A stretch of DNA of 64,000 nucleotides from positions 62,001-126,000 of the forward strand of contig JANJGN010000024.1 in the NCBI GenBank assembly GCA_026770705.1, written 5' to 3'. A program made the translations under genes and the position numbers. Below, piece after piece: positions 48,789 to 61,700 of the stretch (the first letter of the stretch is position 1; the number at the start of each line of letters is the position of its first letter). The notes beneath the pieces were generated by a model. It ran no database searches. It had not been told where the DNA came from and saw nothing but the letters and a program-made list of their open reading frames with translations. The stretch comes from Isurus oxyrinchus. Taxonomy: Eukaryota.

Positions 48789-51713
48789 TTGTTTATGTCC
48801 CCCCTGCTTGTCCTCCTTTCTCTGTTTGTCAGAGCCAGTTCGAACTAATGTCTGTATATTCCCAGATGGGAATTCAATTAGCATGCCTTGCATCTTTTGT
48901 TGCAGTAATCCCAGTTTTTTTTTTACCTTTCATCTCAGACACATCTCTGACATTTTTGAGATATAAATCAACAGGAGATGATGTTAGTTCATCCTCCACA
49001 GTGGGTTTTGAGTGTCTGGTGGGGGTGTAACTGTCTGGGTAGCAAGTCCCATTGTCATCACAGGAAGACAGTGGATTAAGAGTACAGTACTTTACATTTT
49101 TAATGCCTTCCCTTTAAGATCCCTTATTTAAAATGGGCCTTGACATCCCCGATATGTGAACTTTCATGTAACAGGTTTGCAGTGCAATTCATATAGACTT
49201 TCTAGAGAAGTGGTCAACTTTACAGTATCAGCCACCAGGTGACTGCTAGTATCCATCTTTGGTCAGTATTTTTGTAATTTTTTAAAAACAGTTCTTCTTT
49301 AAACAGTTAAGCATGTCTATCATTAGCTGGTGAAGTTGTAGGTAGCTCTCACTCGGTCACGTGACAGCTCCTATTTTGTAAGATTGACAAAAATGGTATT
49401 GCGCTGGTCACCTGCATCATCAGCTTAAAGGTGAGACCACACCATGTCATGTCATGCCACATTTTGGGATGAAATTCCTTCTAGCTTGAATAAGTTACAA
49501 GCTTATTGAAAAAGGTTGGGCTCAGAACTTGGCTATCTTACTGTGCCAATCTTCATGATGCTCCCAGTGGAATGCATTCAACAATTAGAGAGGGCACAGA
49601 ACCTTTTTTCCAATTAGTATATTATCCAAGAGTTCGGAGCACTGGAGATGGAATTCAGATGACCATAAGGACTCCACAGATGAACCACCAACTGGAAATT
49701 GCTAATAATGTTACAAATGTTTGAGGGGTTTTATGAGCTCTTGGGACACAAGGGCTACACTGACTGACTGCCCATCAGGAACACCTCAATTTACCAGCAA
49801 GGCAGTGATACAAGGTAGCCTATGCCATGCCACTATAATTATTAGACCTCAATAAATGCTTCTGTAGTTTGGACATCCTTCAAGTTTAGCTCTCAAAAAA
49901 AGAATGGTCAAACAGCAGCCCAAAGGAAACTTTGTCACCCCCAGGAAGAGGAGGCCTTCACAGAGGGAACTATTGTGTGAGTAGGCACAGAGTAAAACTG
50001 GTCAACTATTGTGTTTAATAATGGACACCTTCTGTCTCTGCCTGGTTTTTGTTACTCTCTAAGAGCAAACAAATTGTAAGCCTCACAAACATACATAGCA
50101 ACTCATTGGCTATTATGTGCTAGGATATCCTGAACATAAGTTTCTGCTTTTCTTCATTCTTTTATTTGTATCCCTTATCCTGCATTCCCTCTTTCTGACT
50201 TGTATCAGCAACATGACCCAATAAACCGTGCTAGACTTTGTGCAATAAAAAGCATTCTCCTGCCACAGTCTTAGCACTGAACTTCTCAGTTGGTCCACTG
50301 TGGTCTGCATGAGAGGAGCCTGTCCCCCACTGTGTGTAAATCTCTGTCCAAATGCTCACTCTGGTCTATGGCAGTCAATGGCAAAATGATAGACTGCTGT
50401 AACTGAGACCTAAAATCTTAAATAGTGCCAGTCACAGCAGTCATGCTAGATATCTCCTGTGGTTTGCTCCTTCACTGCTTTGGAGCTTCCTTACAAAGGA
50501 TTACAAGGATATCACTTGCTCCATGGTCCTTTTGATGTTAAAACATTCCTAGTATCTCACTGCGGTCATGTCAGTGGTGCATCACTGAATATTCCCTGGT
50601 GGCTGCTGAGGTTTGTTCATGGCAGACACAAAGGAGGTTGCAAATGCATCTTGCTTTCCTAAAAACCTTTTTAAAGACAAACCAAGTAGAATATGATCCC
50701 TTGTCTTTGCACTTGGCAAATTGCTCACAAAAATATAAGATTTTACATCTTTCACTGCTGCCATTTCTACTTGTTCCTCAATGACAAATTGTATGGATTA
50801 GGTTACAATACCACAGGGAATGTGTGCTTGGAAAGAACAGCCATTTCCTAGGCTTTGGGAAAATCTGCAAAAAAAAAAGTTTGTTTTACACTGGGAACCT
50901 CGATAATAACCTATAAGACAAGTTAGACCGTAAAACTTTAGTATATCATGTAACTAACAAACAGTCTCTGAAAGCAGGATTTTGAAATGGAATCACAAGA
51001 TGAGGATTATATCCGTTTCGTGCATAAGTGCAGTGGTGCTTCATCAGTGTCTTCTCAGTGAGAGGCTTTAATGAACTTCTGTAGGATGTCTGCTTCCAGA
51101 GGTAGCCTCATGGCATAGTCACATGCCTACAGAAAGCCTAGATGTGATAATCAGACTGGTTACATTTCAAAACCCAAAAAATAGCATACCTGCTCACAAT
51201 TCCAAATTTATCCTCACCAATATTCTAGAAGTCCTTCCCCCGTTTCATATTGAACAAAAGATATAAACATCCCCCTTTTCCTAGCAAACAAGAGACACCT
51301 TTGCATGCAAAATCATGTGTGACTGTGAGTTAACCAAGTTACCCACTATACACTGACTTTTCTCATGCATTAACCACTGTTTGTTCTATTAGTCAGTAAC
51401 TGCACATGCATTGCACACAGTCTTTAAATCATGCAGGCTTAATGGTCCACAAGCACATTGACATTGGCTGTTTGTCTGGGTGCTGTTCTATGTCTGGACA
51501 GTGTTGTTCCTGCGGCCCTTGTTGCCTTGGTGACTGTTGTTGTTCTGGGCTGTCAGGGACATGTGGACGTCCGGTATTGATGGTAGCTCTGTGCTCAGTA
51601 CAGCCAGTGAGATCCCTGTTAGTTAATTGCAATGAAGGAACAGCTTCACTGCCAAGTTTACAAGTGGGCTGACTCCTGTTGAGAGTTTGTACCCTGACTG
51701 GCTCCTCATGTTT

Positions 51714-52061
51714 TTACATGGCTACATATTGATTCAAGGAGCCTTTCAAGGTTGCAACTTCTTTGTGTGCCTTTCCTGTCTGCTGTTGTGCCTGGCTACA
51801 CATCTGGTTGAGTTTTTTCAACTCCTGTTTTGAGTTGCCAACTGTGGAAATGTGGGTCATTCTTTCCTCCTGGTATCTTTGTGTTGTCTCTGAAATGTAT
51901 TTGTTCTGATCACGCACAGCCTGGTCCATTGAAGACTTCAGTTTATCGTGCATTTTCAACAGTATATACTCAGCTGGAATTTTGCCCTTCAAAACTTCCA
52001 ATTCAGCTTTGATGTGTGCATTTTCCTGTAGAACTGCTTCATTTACCTTGGGATCGTGCAT
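51714..52061 (-). pseudogene. Coiled-coil segment resembling UACA/RAI14/ANKRD24, inside the Gypsy element
   Basis: LQENAHIKAELEVLKGKIPAEYILLKMHDKLKSSMDQAVRDQNKYISETTQRYQEE..KQELKKL..EVATLKGSLNQYVAM; resemblance is from recall only. Confidence 0.5.
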
Positions 52062-52527
52062 TTCCTTGTGCTGATGTGGTGGGCAACCATCTTGTGGTTT
52101 ATTTACATATTGTCTCCCTCGCTCCGGAATTTTGTTTCCCTTCCTCTGTTGGCACGTTTAGGATTATCAGTCCAAGCTTTCGATTTGCTTTTTTTTATTC
52201 ATTCACAGGATGCGGGCTTTGCTGACTGGGCACTTATTGCCCATCCCTAGTTGCTTCAGCTGAGATGAGTGGCTGTTGCATCCATTCTATGATCTGGAAC
52301 TCCAAATCTCCCTTCTTGCCATTGCATTGGGTTGTCAGACTAATTTGTCCTCTCAGTGTGAGTATTGTGCCATCATAAGCCTCAATCCTACTTTTGAGGG
52401 CTTCATTTTTAGATTGCCATGCTGAACCACTTCACACAGATCTGTGAAAGTCATTATGGTGCGTGATGCAAGGTAACAGTCATAAATCATTTGTCGCCCA
52501 TAGACTTGACTGAACTAATGTGTTGGT

Positions 52528-52806
52528 TCATGGCCATAGCATCTGCATAGACTTGTTTTGTTTCTTTCTAGCCAAACACTTGTTTGCGAAATGATTCTTT
52601 TTCTTGCAGTTATAACACTGCTTTCCCCTTGCTGAACAATCTTTCTTTTCTTTCTTTTGTGTTTGCTGTCCTCCACAGTATTTGCACCTGGCTCTTTGTC
52701 TGTGATTGCTCCGCTCTTTCAGCTTAGACAGTCTCTCAGCAGAATGTACCTCCTGGTCTGCTCTGCTATACATCTGCTCTAGCTGCCATTTCACAACTTT
52801 CGACAT
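52528..52806 (-). pseudogene. Gypsy gag C-terminus with CCHC knuckle
   Basis: CKYCGG..DCSARGKQCYNCKKKNHFANKC. Confidence 0.85.
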
Positions 52807-55800
52807 ACATGTATCACTTTCTTTAGCATCAGTTCCTCATCTTTCAGTAGGCTCTCACTGAGGGGGCTCTCATGCCTAAGACAAATCTATCTCAGGTCAC
52901 CTTTGAGCTGACTGAATTCACATTATTCTGCAAGCTGCATTATTGCCATCACGTACCATTCAATGGTCTCATTTTCACTCTGAACTTTAGTGTTGAATAC
53001 ATAATGTTCACATGTAACATTCACTCAGGGTTCAAAATGTACGTTCAAAGCATTCAAAACCTCTGTCTTTTTTTTCTTTGCTCATCTATTAGAGTTAGAG
53101 TGGTATACACTTTGAAGTAGTCCTTCCGCAGCAGTGTTAAAAGTGTGATACTCTTATCAGTTCATTATTGTTAATTAAGCCTATTGCAATCTCATAGTTT
53201 TGCCATTGTAAGCAGAAAAACTGCCAGTTCTTCCATGCATCACATTTTAATTCAACTGGATATGGGAGTGGAAAATTTACTTTAGGCATTTTACTCGCGT
53301 AGTAGTTTACTTGCAGCCTCTGCAGCTCAGTGCTTTTCCTTTATCCTATTTTTTAGTAGCTTGCTACAAATTTACATCTTTCTGTGTGCTTTTCTTAGCT
53401 GTGTCTTCTCTATAGCCAATATTTTCTTTGCAGCTTTTTTTCTTATTTTTTCAGTAGTGTTTGGCAGTTTTGAACCTTTCTGTGTTTCTGGGTTCTCAGT
53501 GTCTTCTCTACATAATTTCCAGGTTCAAACATCGATTCTTTTCTTCAATTTCTGACTCCAAGTTTCCTGCATAAGGGCAGCAGTGCTTTATCAGTGTCTT
53601 CTCCGTGATAGGCTTTATTGAACTGTTGCAAGGTGCCTTCCTCCAGATGCAGCCTCATGATATAGACACATGACTACGGAAAGCCAGATGTGACAATCAG
53701 AGTGGTTACATTTCAAACCCAAACAATAGCATACCTGCTCACAACTCCAAACTTATCCTCACCAATGCTCTACTGAAGGCCATCTTCCTTTACTGTGCCT
53801 CTTGGAATAAGATTTCAAGAATCCATTGTCATAATTATCATTAGAAATATCTTAGAATTTTTGCTGCACCTCCACCTTCATCCAGCTCTCGCATTTTGCA
53901 ATTCATCCTAAAGTTGACCAACAGCTCTTTACCAACCATCTTTCCAGACTTGTCTTCCTGTGCACACTTTCCATGCATCAGTGCATAAAGCTATTAAGAG
54001 CAGAGACCAAAATTGGAAATTTTCCCAGGCCAGTCCGAACTTTGCTGGCATGGTTGCATATATGACATGGCAACATACAACCAGAAATGTTAGTGGGATG
54101 AGAAAAGCAAGTGTAAGTAGATTAGTATGTTCTGTTAGCATATGACATGCTTAAGGAATTGGGGCCTGAAGTTCTGTCATGTTCTCCAATTTTATTGCCA
54201 TGGCTCCAGCAAGAGATTGCTGCAACTCCCAGGGAAGTGGCTGCTCATGGTGATTTATATTGTCAAGGGGTACCATTGGTTTCCCACTGGAATCATGAAG
54301 AGACAGCAGAGGAACCTGCATGAACTGTCAGGGCTAAGGTGCTTTGTTAGTGGCATTAGTTGTAAATGAGGAACTCTAAGATTACCTAACACTGTCTGCC
54401 ACTGTGTTTGAGTTGCTTTGCAAGCTTTGTGGTAGTTGGGGTTGTCAGAAAAAAAAACACCCTTACCACCTCAGATCACCTTTGAAATTCTCCTGAAGGG
54501 AGCTGCTGGAGTGGTGGAGGATTGTGGGGAGGATGAGGGGGGTTGTGGATGGTGTTCCCTTGTACAGAACTCCAGGAATGGGGTGGTGGGGGCTTAAATT
54601 AAGTGGAGTTTTTCATTGTAGGAAGAAGCCAGTTATCATCTGCTTTGACTGGCACACACTGGTAGATCCTTTACTTGCATGTTTGTGGTGTTTCACCACA
54701 GTTCTGGGTCTCCTTGTTGCTTGCAGTGAAAACTATATTAACATGTTGCACAACGTCGTCACTGCCCTCAAGGCATGGCCAGCAGGCAGGGAAACTAAGT
54801 CTGAGAGATTCAGCTGGGTGCTCTTGACTTTTGCAGTATTTCATTGTACAGGAAGTGTGTAGAACTGGTGTAGCCTCTCCATTCTGAAATGGATGGAACC
54901 AGTGGAGATTGTACATTAAGAAAGATTGTGTCACCCACACATTACCACATTTAGTAATTTGGAGGATTTGTGTCTGAACTTTCCTGTGTCCTCTGTTAGC
55001 TGGTAGTCCATCTCTCTCTCTTTGCTTCCTTTAAGCTTTCTGTGCAGTCTACTGACATAGCGTGAGAGCGGTATGCTCAGCAGCAGTGTGGTTATGGCTG
55101 CCCTTGGACTAAGGTGAAAGCTTGGCCTTGCAAGTTTCAAGAACTGTTATTTGCTGGTCCACCTCTGAAGAATCTATGGCCTAGATCCTGACATTCCCCA
55201 AAAGGATCAATGAACATCAGACATGTACGCTCTGCTGTGGATTGTTCTGTTGCTCTGCTTCCATTGTAGAAAATATCTGTGTCATGACTTTTGACTATCA
55301 CACACTGCAATATATCCCAACCTCTACCAGACAAGCAGTTTCTTTTGGTTAAAAAAAACCACATGAACACTTTCTAAAATGTTTTCATGAGATATAAGCA
55401 TCGCTGGAAAAGGCAAGCGTTTGTTGCTCATCCCCAATTTCCCTTGAGAAGGTGGTGTAACGTGCCTTTTACCACAAACTGACACAACTTTGATGTCATC
55501 TTCTTCTTCAGTTCTCTGCCCAGAGGCAGATTGGACCCACAGCGCCATGACCTCCGCCACAGGTAGGGCAAGAAGGCAGGTCCTGAATCCACCCCAGCTG
55601 GAACAGGGATCTAACCTTGTGCTGTTGGCAGCAATCTGATGCATATTGGCTATCTAACCAACTGTCATACCCCAAGGAGTCGGGGTTGCTGTGGAAACAT
55701 ACACTTTTACATGCATGTTGTAGCCTAGAGCTACGGAGAGTGATGGTGGAGGCTCCAATTTCTTTCCATCACATGGCTGACCAGAAAGCCCTCCCACTCC

Positions 55801-56049
55801 TACCCATCTGCCATTGGTTTGTGTTGAGAGGATTTGCAAGTTGATACTTAACCTGTTTGGCTGTGTTATGAATGCACTTTCCTTGGCCTTCAATTCCTGG
55901 AGTGGGACTGACCCCAGAGCTTCTGGCTCAGAGGTAGGGATGCTACCGACTATGCCACAAGATCCCTACTTTGATGTTATATAGACGCACAAATTAAGCA
56001 ATTATAACAACAAACTGTGCCTTGTGTAAGCAGTAATCTCCATTGGGCT

Positions 56050-57840
56050 AACACCCACTCAGTTGTATCAAACTGCTACAAAATCTCAAAAAAGGAAAGA
56101 AACCAGATGGACCATCCGGCATCGGCCTAGGCACCAGAAACGACAAAGGTAAACTCAGCCCTGTTGACCTTGCAAAGTCCTTCCTACAAACATCTGGGGG
56201 CTGGTGCCAAAATTGGGAGAGCTTTCTCACAAGCGAGTCAAGCAACAGCCTGACATAATCATCCTCACAGAATCATACCTTATAGATAATGTCCCAGACT
56301 CTACCATCACCATCTCTGAGTATGTCCTGACCCACCAGCAGGACAGGCCCAGCTCAGGTGGTGGCACAGTGGCATACAGTCAGGAGGGAATCCTCAGTAT
56401 CGACTCTGGTTCCCATGAAGTCTCATGGCATCAGGTCAAACATGAGCCAGGAAACCTCCTGCTGATTACCACATACCACCCTGCCTCAGCGAATGAATCA
56501 GTGCTCCTCCATGTTGAACACCACTTGGAGAAAGCACTGAGGGCGGCAAGGGCACAGAATGTACACTGGGTGGGGAACATCAATACCCATCATCAAAAGT
56601 GGCTCGCTAGCACCACTACTGACTACGCTGACTGAGTCCTAAAGGACATAGCTGCTAATCTAGGTCTGCGGCAGGTGTTGAGGGAACCAACAAGAGAGAA
56701 AAACATACTTGACCTCGTCCTCACCAACCTGCCTGCCACAGATGCATCTGTCCATGACAGTATTAGTAGGAGTGACTACTTCACAGTCGTTGTGGTGACG
56801 AAGTCCCACCTTCACATTGAGGAGACCCTCCATTTTGTTGTGTGGCATTACCGCTGTACTAAATGGGATAGATTTTGAACAGATCTAGCAATTTAAGACT
56901 GGGCATCCACGAGGTGCTGTGGGCCATCAGCAGCAGCAGAATTGTACTCGAACACAATCTGTAACCTTATGGCTACTCTACCATTACCATCAAGCCAAGA
57001 GATCAGCCCTAGTACAATAAAGAGTGCAGGAGGGCATGCCAGAAGCAGCACCAGGCATACCTAAAAATGACATGTCAACGTGGTGAGCCTATAACACAGG
57101 ACTACTTGCATGCCAAAGAGCATAAGCAGCAAGTGATAGACAGAGCTAAGTGATCCCATAGGCAGCGGATCAGATATAAGATCTGTAGTCCTACCACATC
57201 TAGTCGTGAATGGTGGTGGGCAAATAAGCAACTCAGTGGAGGAGGAGGCTCCACAAATATCCCCATCCCCAATGATGGGGGAGCACAACACATCATTGCA
57301 AAAGAAAAGGCTGAAGCATTTGCTACAATCTTCAGGCAGAAGTGCCGAGTGGATGATCCATCTCGGCCTCCTCTGGAGGTCCCCAGCATCACAGATGCCA
57401 GTCTTCAGCCAATTCAATTCACTCCATGTGATATCAAGAAATAGCTGAAGGCACTGGATAGTGCAAATGGCAATGGGACCTGACAATATTCTGACGATAG
57501 TACTGAAGACTTGTGCTCCAGAACTTGCCATGTACCTAGCCAAGTTGTTCCAGCATAGCTACAACATTGGCATCTACCCAGCTATGTGGAAAATTGCCCA
57601 GGAATTCACCAAGACTCCATAGACATCACCTTCTAAACCCACAACCACTACCAAGGACAGCAGATAGATGCGAACACCACCAGTTGGAGTTCCCCTTCAA
57701 GTCACTCACCACCCTGACTTGGAAATATAGCGCTGTTCCTTCACTGCCGCTGAGTCAAAATCCTGGAACTCCCTTCCTAACAGTAGTGTGGGTGTACCTT
57801 CATCACATGGGCTGCAGCAGTTCAAGAAGGCAGCTCACCA
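56050..57840 (+). mobile_element. APE-type LINE (CR1/L2 group) with most of the RT deleted
   Basis: QQPDIIILTESYL, DRPSSGGGTVAY, EPTREKNILDLVLTN..SDYFTV; GPDNI..LKTCAPELA..WKIAQ then jumps to the 3' end at ~57601. Confidence 0.85.
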
Positions 57841-59520
57841 CCCAAAGCGGTCACTCAGTCTGCATTTGGTCTCTCCAATGTAGAGGAAACCGCATTGGGA
57901 ACAACGAATACAGTAGACTAAGTTGAGGGAAGTGCAAGTGAAATACTGCCTCACTTGAAATGAGTGTTTGGGCCCTTGGATGGTGAGGAGAGGGGAAGTA
58001 AAGGGGCAGGTGTTGCACCTTCTGCGGTTGCATGGGAAGGTGCCCATGGGAGGGGGTTCAGGTGTAGGAGGTGTTGGAGGAGTAAACCAGGGTGTCCTGG
58101 AGGTAACGATCCCTGCGGAATGCCATCGGGGTGGCCGGGAGGGTGGGGGGGGGGGTGGTGGCGGGGGGGTGGCGTGGAGGATGAAGGGAAAATGTGTTTG
58201 GTGGTGGCATCATGCTGGAGTTGGCGGAAATGGCGGAGGATGATCCTTTGAATGCGGAGGCTGGTGGGGTGATAAGTGAGGACAAGGGGGACCCTATCAT
58301 GTTTCTGGGAGGGAGGAGAAGGCGTGAGGGCGGATGCGCGGGAGATGGGCCGGACACAGTTGAGGGCCCTGTCAACGACCATGGGTGGAAAACCTTGATT
58401 AAGGAAGAAGGAGGACATGTCAGAGGAACTGTTTTTGAAAGTGGCATCATCGGAACAGATGCGACGAAGGCGAAGGAACTGGGAGAATGGGATGGAGTCC
58501 TTACAGGAAGCAGGGTGTGAGGAGCTGTAGTCGAGGTAGCTGTGGGAGTCGGTGGGTTTGTAATGGATATTGGTGGACAGTCTATCACCAGAAATTGAGA
58601 CAGAGAGGTCAAGGAAGGGAAGGGAAGTGTCAGAGATGGACCATTTAAAATGATGGAGGAGTGGAATTTGGAAGCAAAATTAATAAATTTTTCCAGGTCC
58701 CAACGAGAGCATGAAGCAGCACCGAAGTAATCATTGATGTACCGGAGAAAGAGTTGTGGGAGGGGGCCGGAGTAGGACTGGAACAAGGAATGTTCCACAT
58801 ACCCCATAAAGAGACAGGCATAGCTGGGGCCCATGCGGGTGCCCATAGCCACACCTTTTATTTGGAGGAAATGAGAGGAGTTGAAGGAGAAATTGTTCAG
58901 TGTGAGAACAAGTTCAGCCAAATGGAGGAGAGTAGTGGTGGATGGGGATTGTTCGGGCCTCTGTTCAAGGAAGAAACTAAGGGCCCTCAGACCATCCTGG
59001 TGGGGGATGGAGGTATAGGGGGATTGGACATCCATGGTGAAGAGGAGGCGGTTGGGGCCAGGGAACTGGAAATTGTTCATATGATGTAGGGTGTCAGAGG
59101 AATCATGGATGTAGGTGGGAAGGAACTGGACAAGGGGAGAGAGAATGGAGTCAAGATAGCAAGAACAGGCTGACACGATCGGTCTGCCGGGACAGTTCTG
59201 TTTGTGGATTTTGGGTAGGAGGTAGAAGCGGGCCGTCCGAGGTTGGGAGACTATCAGATTGGAAGCTGTGGAAGAAAGGTCTCCAGAGGAGATGAGGTCA
59301 GTAACAATCCTGGAAACAATGGCTTGATGTTCAGTGGTGGGGTCATGATCCAGGGAGAGGTAGGAGGAAGTGTCTGCGAGTTGACACTCAGCATCTGCGA
59401 AGTAGAGGTCAGTGCGCCAGACAACAACAGCAGCACCCTTGTCAGCAGGTTTGATGACAATGTCAGGGTTGGATCTGAGAGAACGGAGTGCAGTAAGTTC
59501 AAAGAAAGACAGGTTAGAGA
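57841..59520 (-). mobile_element. Penelope-like element RT and GIY-YIG (frameshifted, no 3' pLTR)
   Basis: NPDIVIKPADKG, FYLLPKIHK..PGRPIVS, LFTMDVQSPYTSIPH, QIKGVAMGTRMGPSYA, LRYIND; then LVYCIRCSQCGFLYIGETK. Confidence 0.93.
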
Positions 59521-59524
59521 TAAA

Positions 59525-59782
59525 TGGGAACACCACATTTGGTGGAAGTTTCCCTACAAGCCACACGTCACTCTGGCTTGGAAATAAATTGCCATCCCTT
59601 CACTGTCACTGGATCAAAATCCTGGAACTCCCTCCCTAACAGCACTGTGGGTGTACCTACACCATATGGACTGCAGCGGTTCAAGCAGGCAGCTCACCAC
59701 CACCTTCTCAAGGGTAATTAGGGATGGGCAATAAATGCTGGCCCAGCCAGTGAAGCCCACACCCTGTGAATGAATAAAAAAA
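59525..59782 (+). mobile_element. APE-LINE 3' end with A-tail
   Basis: SKSWNSLPNSTVGVPTPYGLQRFKQAAHHHLLKGN*; GAATGAATAAAAAAAA. Confidence 0.85.
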
Positions 59783-59789
59783 ATTTGCC

Positions 59790-61700
59790 CCCTACACTCG
59801 CTGCTTCATCATGCTGGCTCCATATTTAAAGTGTAGCCACATGCAAACCTCTCAGTGCTCCCAGCCCCCATCTGCTACAGAGAAGACATGTCCCCAAAAG
59901 GCAAGATGATTGTAGTCCTCTGGTTTGGAGACAAGCTCCTCAAGCACCTTTTGGATGCCATAGAGGCCCATGATGTCCTTTACCCCACTCCAGCTGCTGG
60001 AGGTACAGCAACATCACCAATCCAGCAAGTTAGCCTGTGGCAGCAGTGGGCAGCGCCATTAACCTGCAAAAAAAGGACAGCTCCCAGTTCCACAAGAGGA
60101 TGAATGATCTTCTCCGATCCGCCAGTGTAAGGCACTCTTCTCATTTCTCTCAACTCACCCATTCACAAACCCATTACACATCCACAGGGATCTCACTCAC
60201 TGCCAGTTCAAGGGACTTCACCATTCACTCTCTCACACTCACCTTCATTGTCCTCATCCCATCCATGGGACCACTCACCACCCTCACATACCAGGTATAC
60301 TCTCATCTGCTTGCACTCTGTCCATCTGTATTCATGCATGTCAAGCTGGCACACGACAAGAGGGAGAGGTCGCAGAAAGGTAGAGGAATGCCCAACATCA
60401 AGGTCCTAACAGACTTGAAAGTAGAATCATCCAGCTGGCCGGCGAAGGTCTGGACCATTCCTGTGCTGATGGTGAAGTCAGCAATGCTCTACCAAGTGAG
60501 AATCCAGCTGTCAGTGATGTATCCTGTTCCACAGGCCACTGCCATGCATTAATTATCTCTCCTCGCTTTCACAGGCCCGTCTGGGAAATGGCCGAGAGAG
60601 TCCATGACCCCGGGCCTCCAATCAAGCCCCGAAGACATTTTGGAAGAAGAATCTGAAGGTACCTGCGTTGAAGATCAGTCACAGCGCTCACCCACACACT
60701 CCACCAGCGCAGAGACACACACCTCGGTGGGACATAGCTTTAGTATAGCCTCAGGCTCACAATCTGGTGAGCACATCGCACTCTCTGATCCACAGCAGGT
60801 GGCGACATGGACTTCCCTGGTTTCCGGCACACGGAGGACAGCTGGAGGCTAGAAATCTGCTGAGTACAAGTCAGATAACAAGCCTCTGGCCTCGATCATA
60901 CCTCAGTTGCTGAAGATGCAGAGGCAAGCTCGGGAACATCAAGAAGGGATGTCCACTGCACTCCTCAGATTGCAAAGTACAATGGAGGAGTCGCCTACCT
61001 TCAGTCTGAGGTGATAGTGCCAGCATGTCAACTCACTAAGGTCAACACTGTAGGATAGTGGACTCTATAGAGACCTTCGCCCAGGACCTCCTCCTGTGCT
61101 GCTGCGAGGGCTGAACTTAATCTTTGTTGCCAACAGTGTCTCCAACAGTGTCAACGCGAAAGGGGTGTGGGGCAGCTCAATCTCACGCCAGCTTACCCTT
61201 CACCACAATGAGTCAGCCAAGATCCCTTGGGCACCCATAGGGAGGAGGATCAGCAGGTGTAACCTCCCAAGACCACCCACCCAGGTGACTCTGGGAGTGT
61301 CTGGTCCATCCAAATCTCCTCTTCCTGTGACCTCAGCAGCTCCAGTTTCACAGGCTGAAGAGAGTGCCGCAGCAAGTTGGGAACCTCCCAGTTTTGGCCC
61401 ACCAGAGGATGCCCATCAAGGTCATTTCAGACAAAGGGTAGCCGTCTGCAGGCTGCCTCCACCTCTGCTGTGGATGTCGGGGGAGCACCAATACATAGCA
61501 CCTGCATTAAGAAGGTTAAGAAGATATGGTTGCACAGTGTGGGTACGGGTGTTAATCGCATGTACATAATGTTCTCTATTATAAATAAACCCACAATAAT
61601 GTCTCCTTGCCTATGTCTCCTCGTTCTGATGAGCAGTGTTCGTGTCACTCAGATGTGAAACATTGGTTCCTGCACAAGATAAAGGCAGGTATCTCAGTCC
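59790..61700 (+). mobile_element. Harbinger remnant with a multi-exon Myb/SANT-like gene
   Basis: MSPKGK..WFGDKLLKHLLDAIEAHDVLYP..AAVGSAINLQKKDSSQFHKRMNDLLRSA followed by GTAAG; acidic/Ser-rich downstream piece. Confidence 0.65.

Larger units (their letters stand above)
51014..53772 (-). mobile_element. Decayed, internally deleted Gypsy LTR retrotransposon
   Basis: Direct repeats 51014-51269 and 53561-53772; PBS-like TGGAGTCAGAA (53550-53560); PPT AGGAAAAGGGGGA before the TG at 51269; gag zinc knuckle; pol-end motif KPA*FKDCV near 51415-51440. Confidence 0.85.

Noticed and set aside
53880-55330. Cluster of short ORFs suggesting a gene or Tx1-like LINE remnant
   Set aside because: No motif I can identify confidently; left unclassified
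58058-59566. Intact 502-aa PLE protein
   Set aside because: N-terminus runs in from flanking LINE DNA, catalytic YIDD reads YIND, and a frameshift near 58640 puts the C-terminus out of frame
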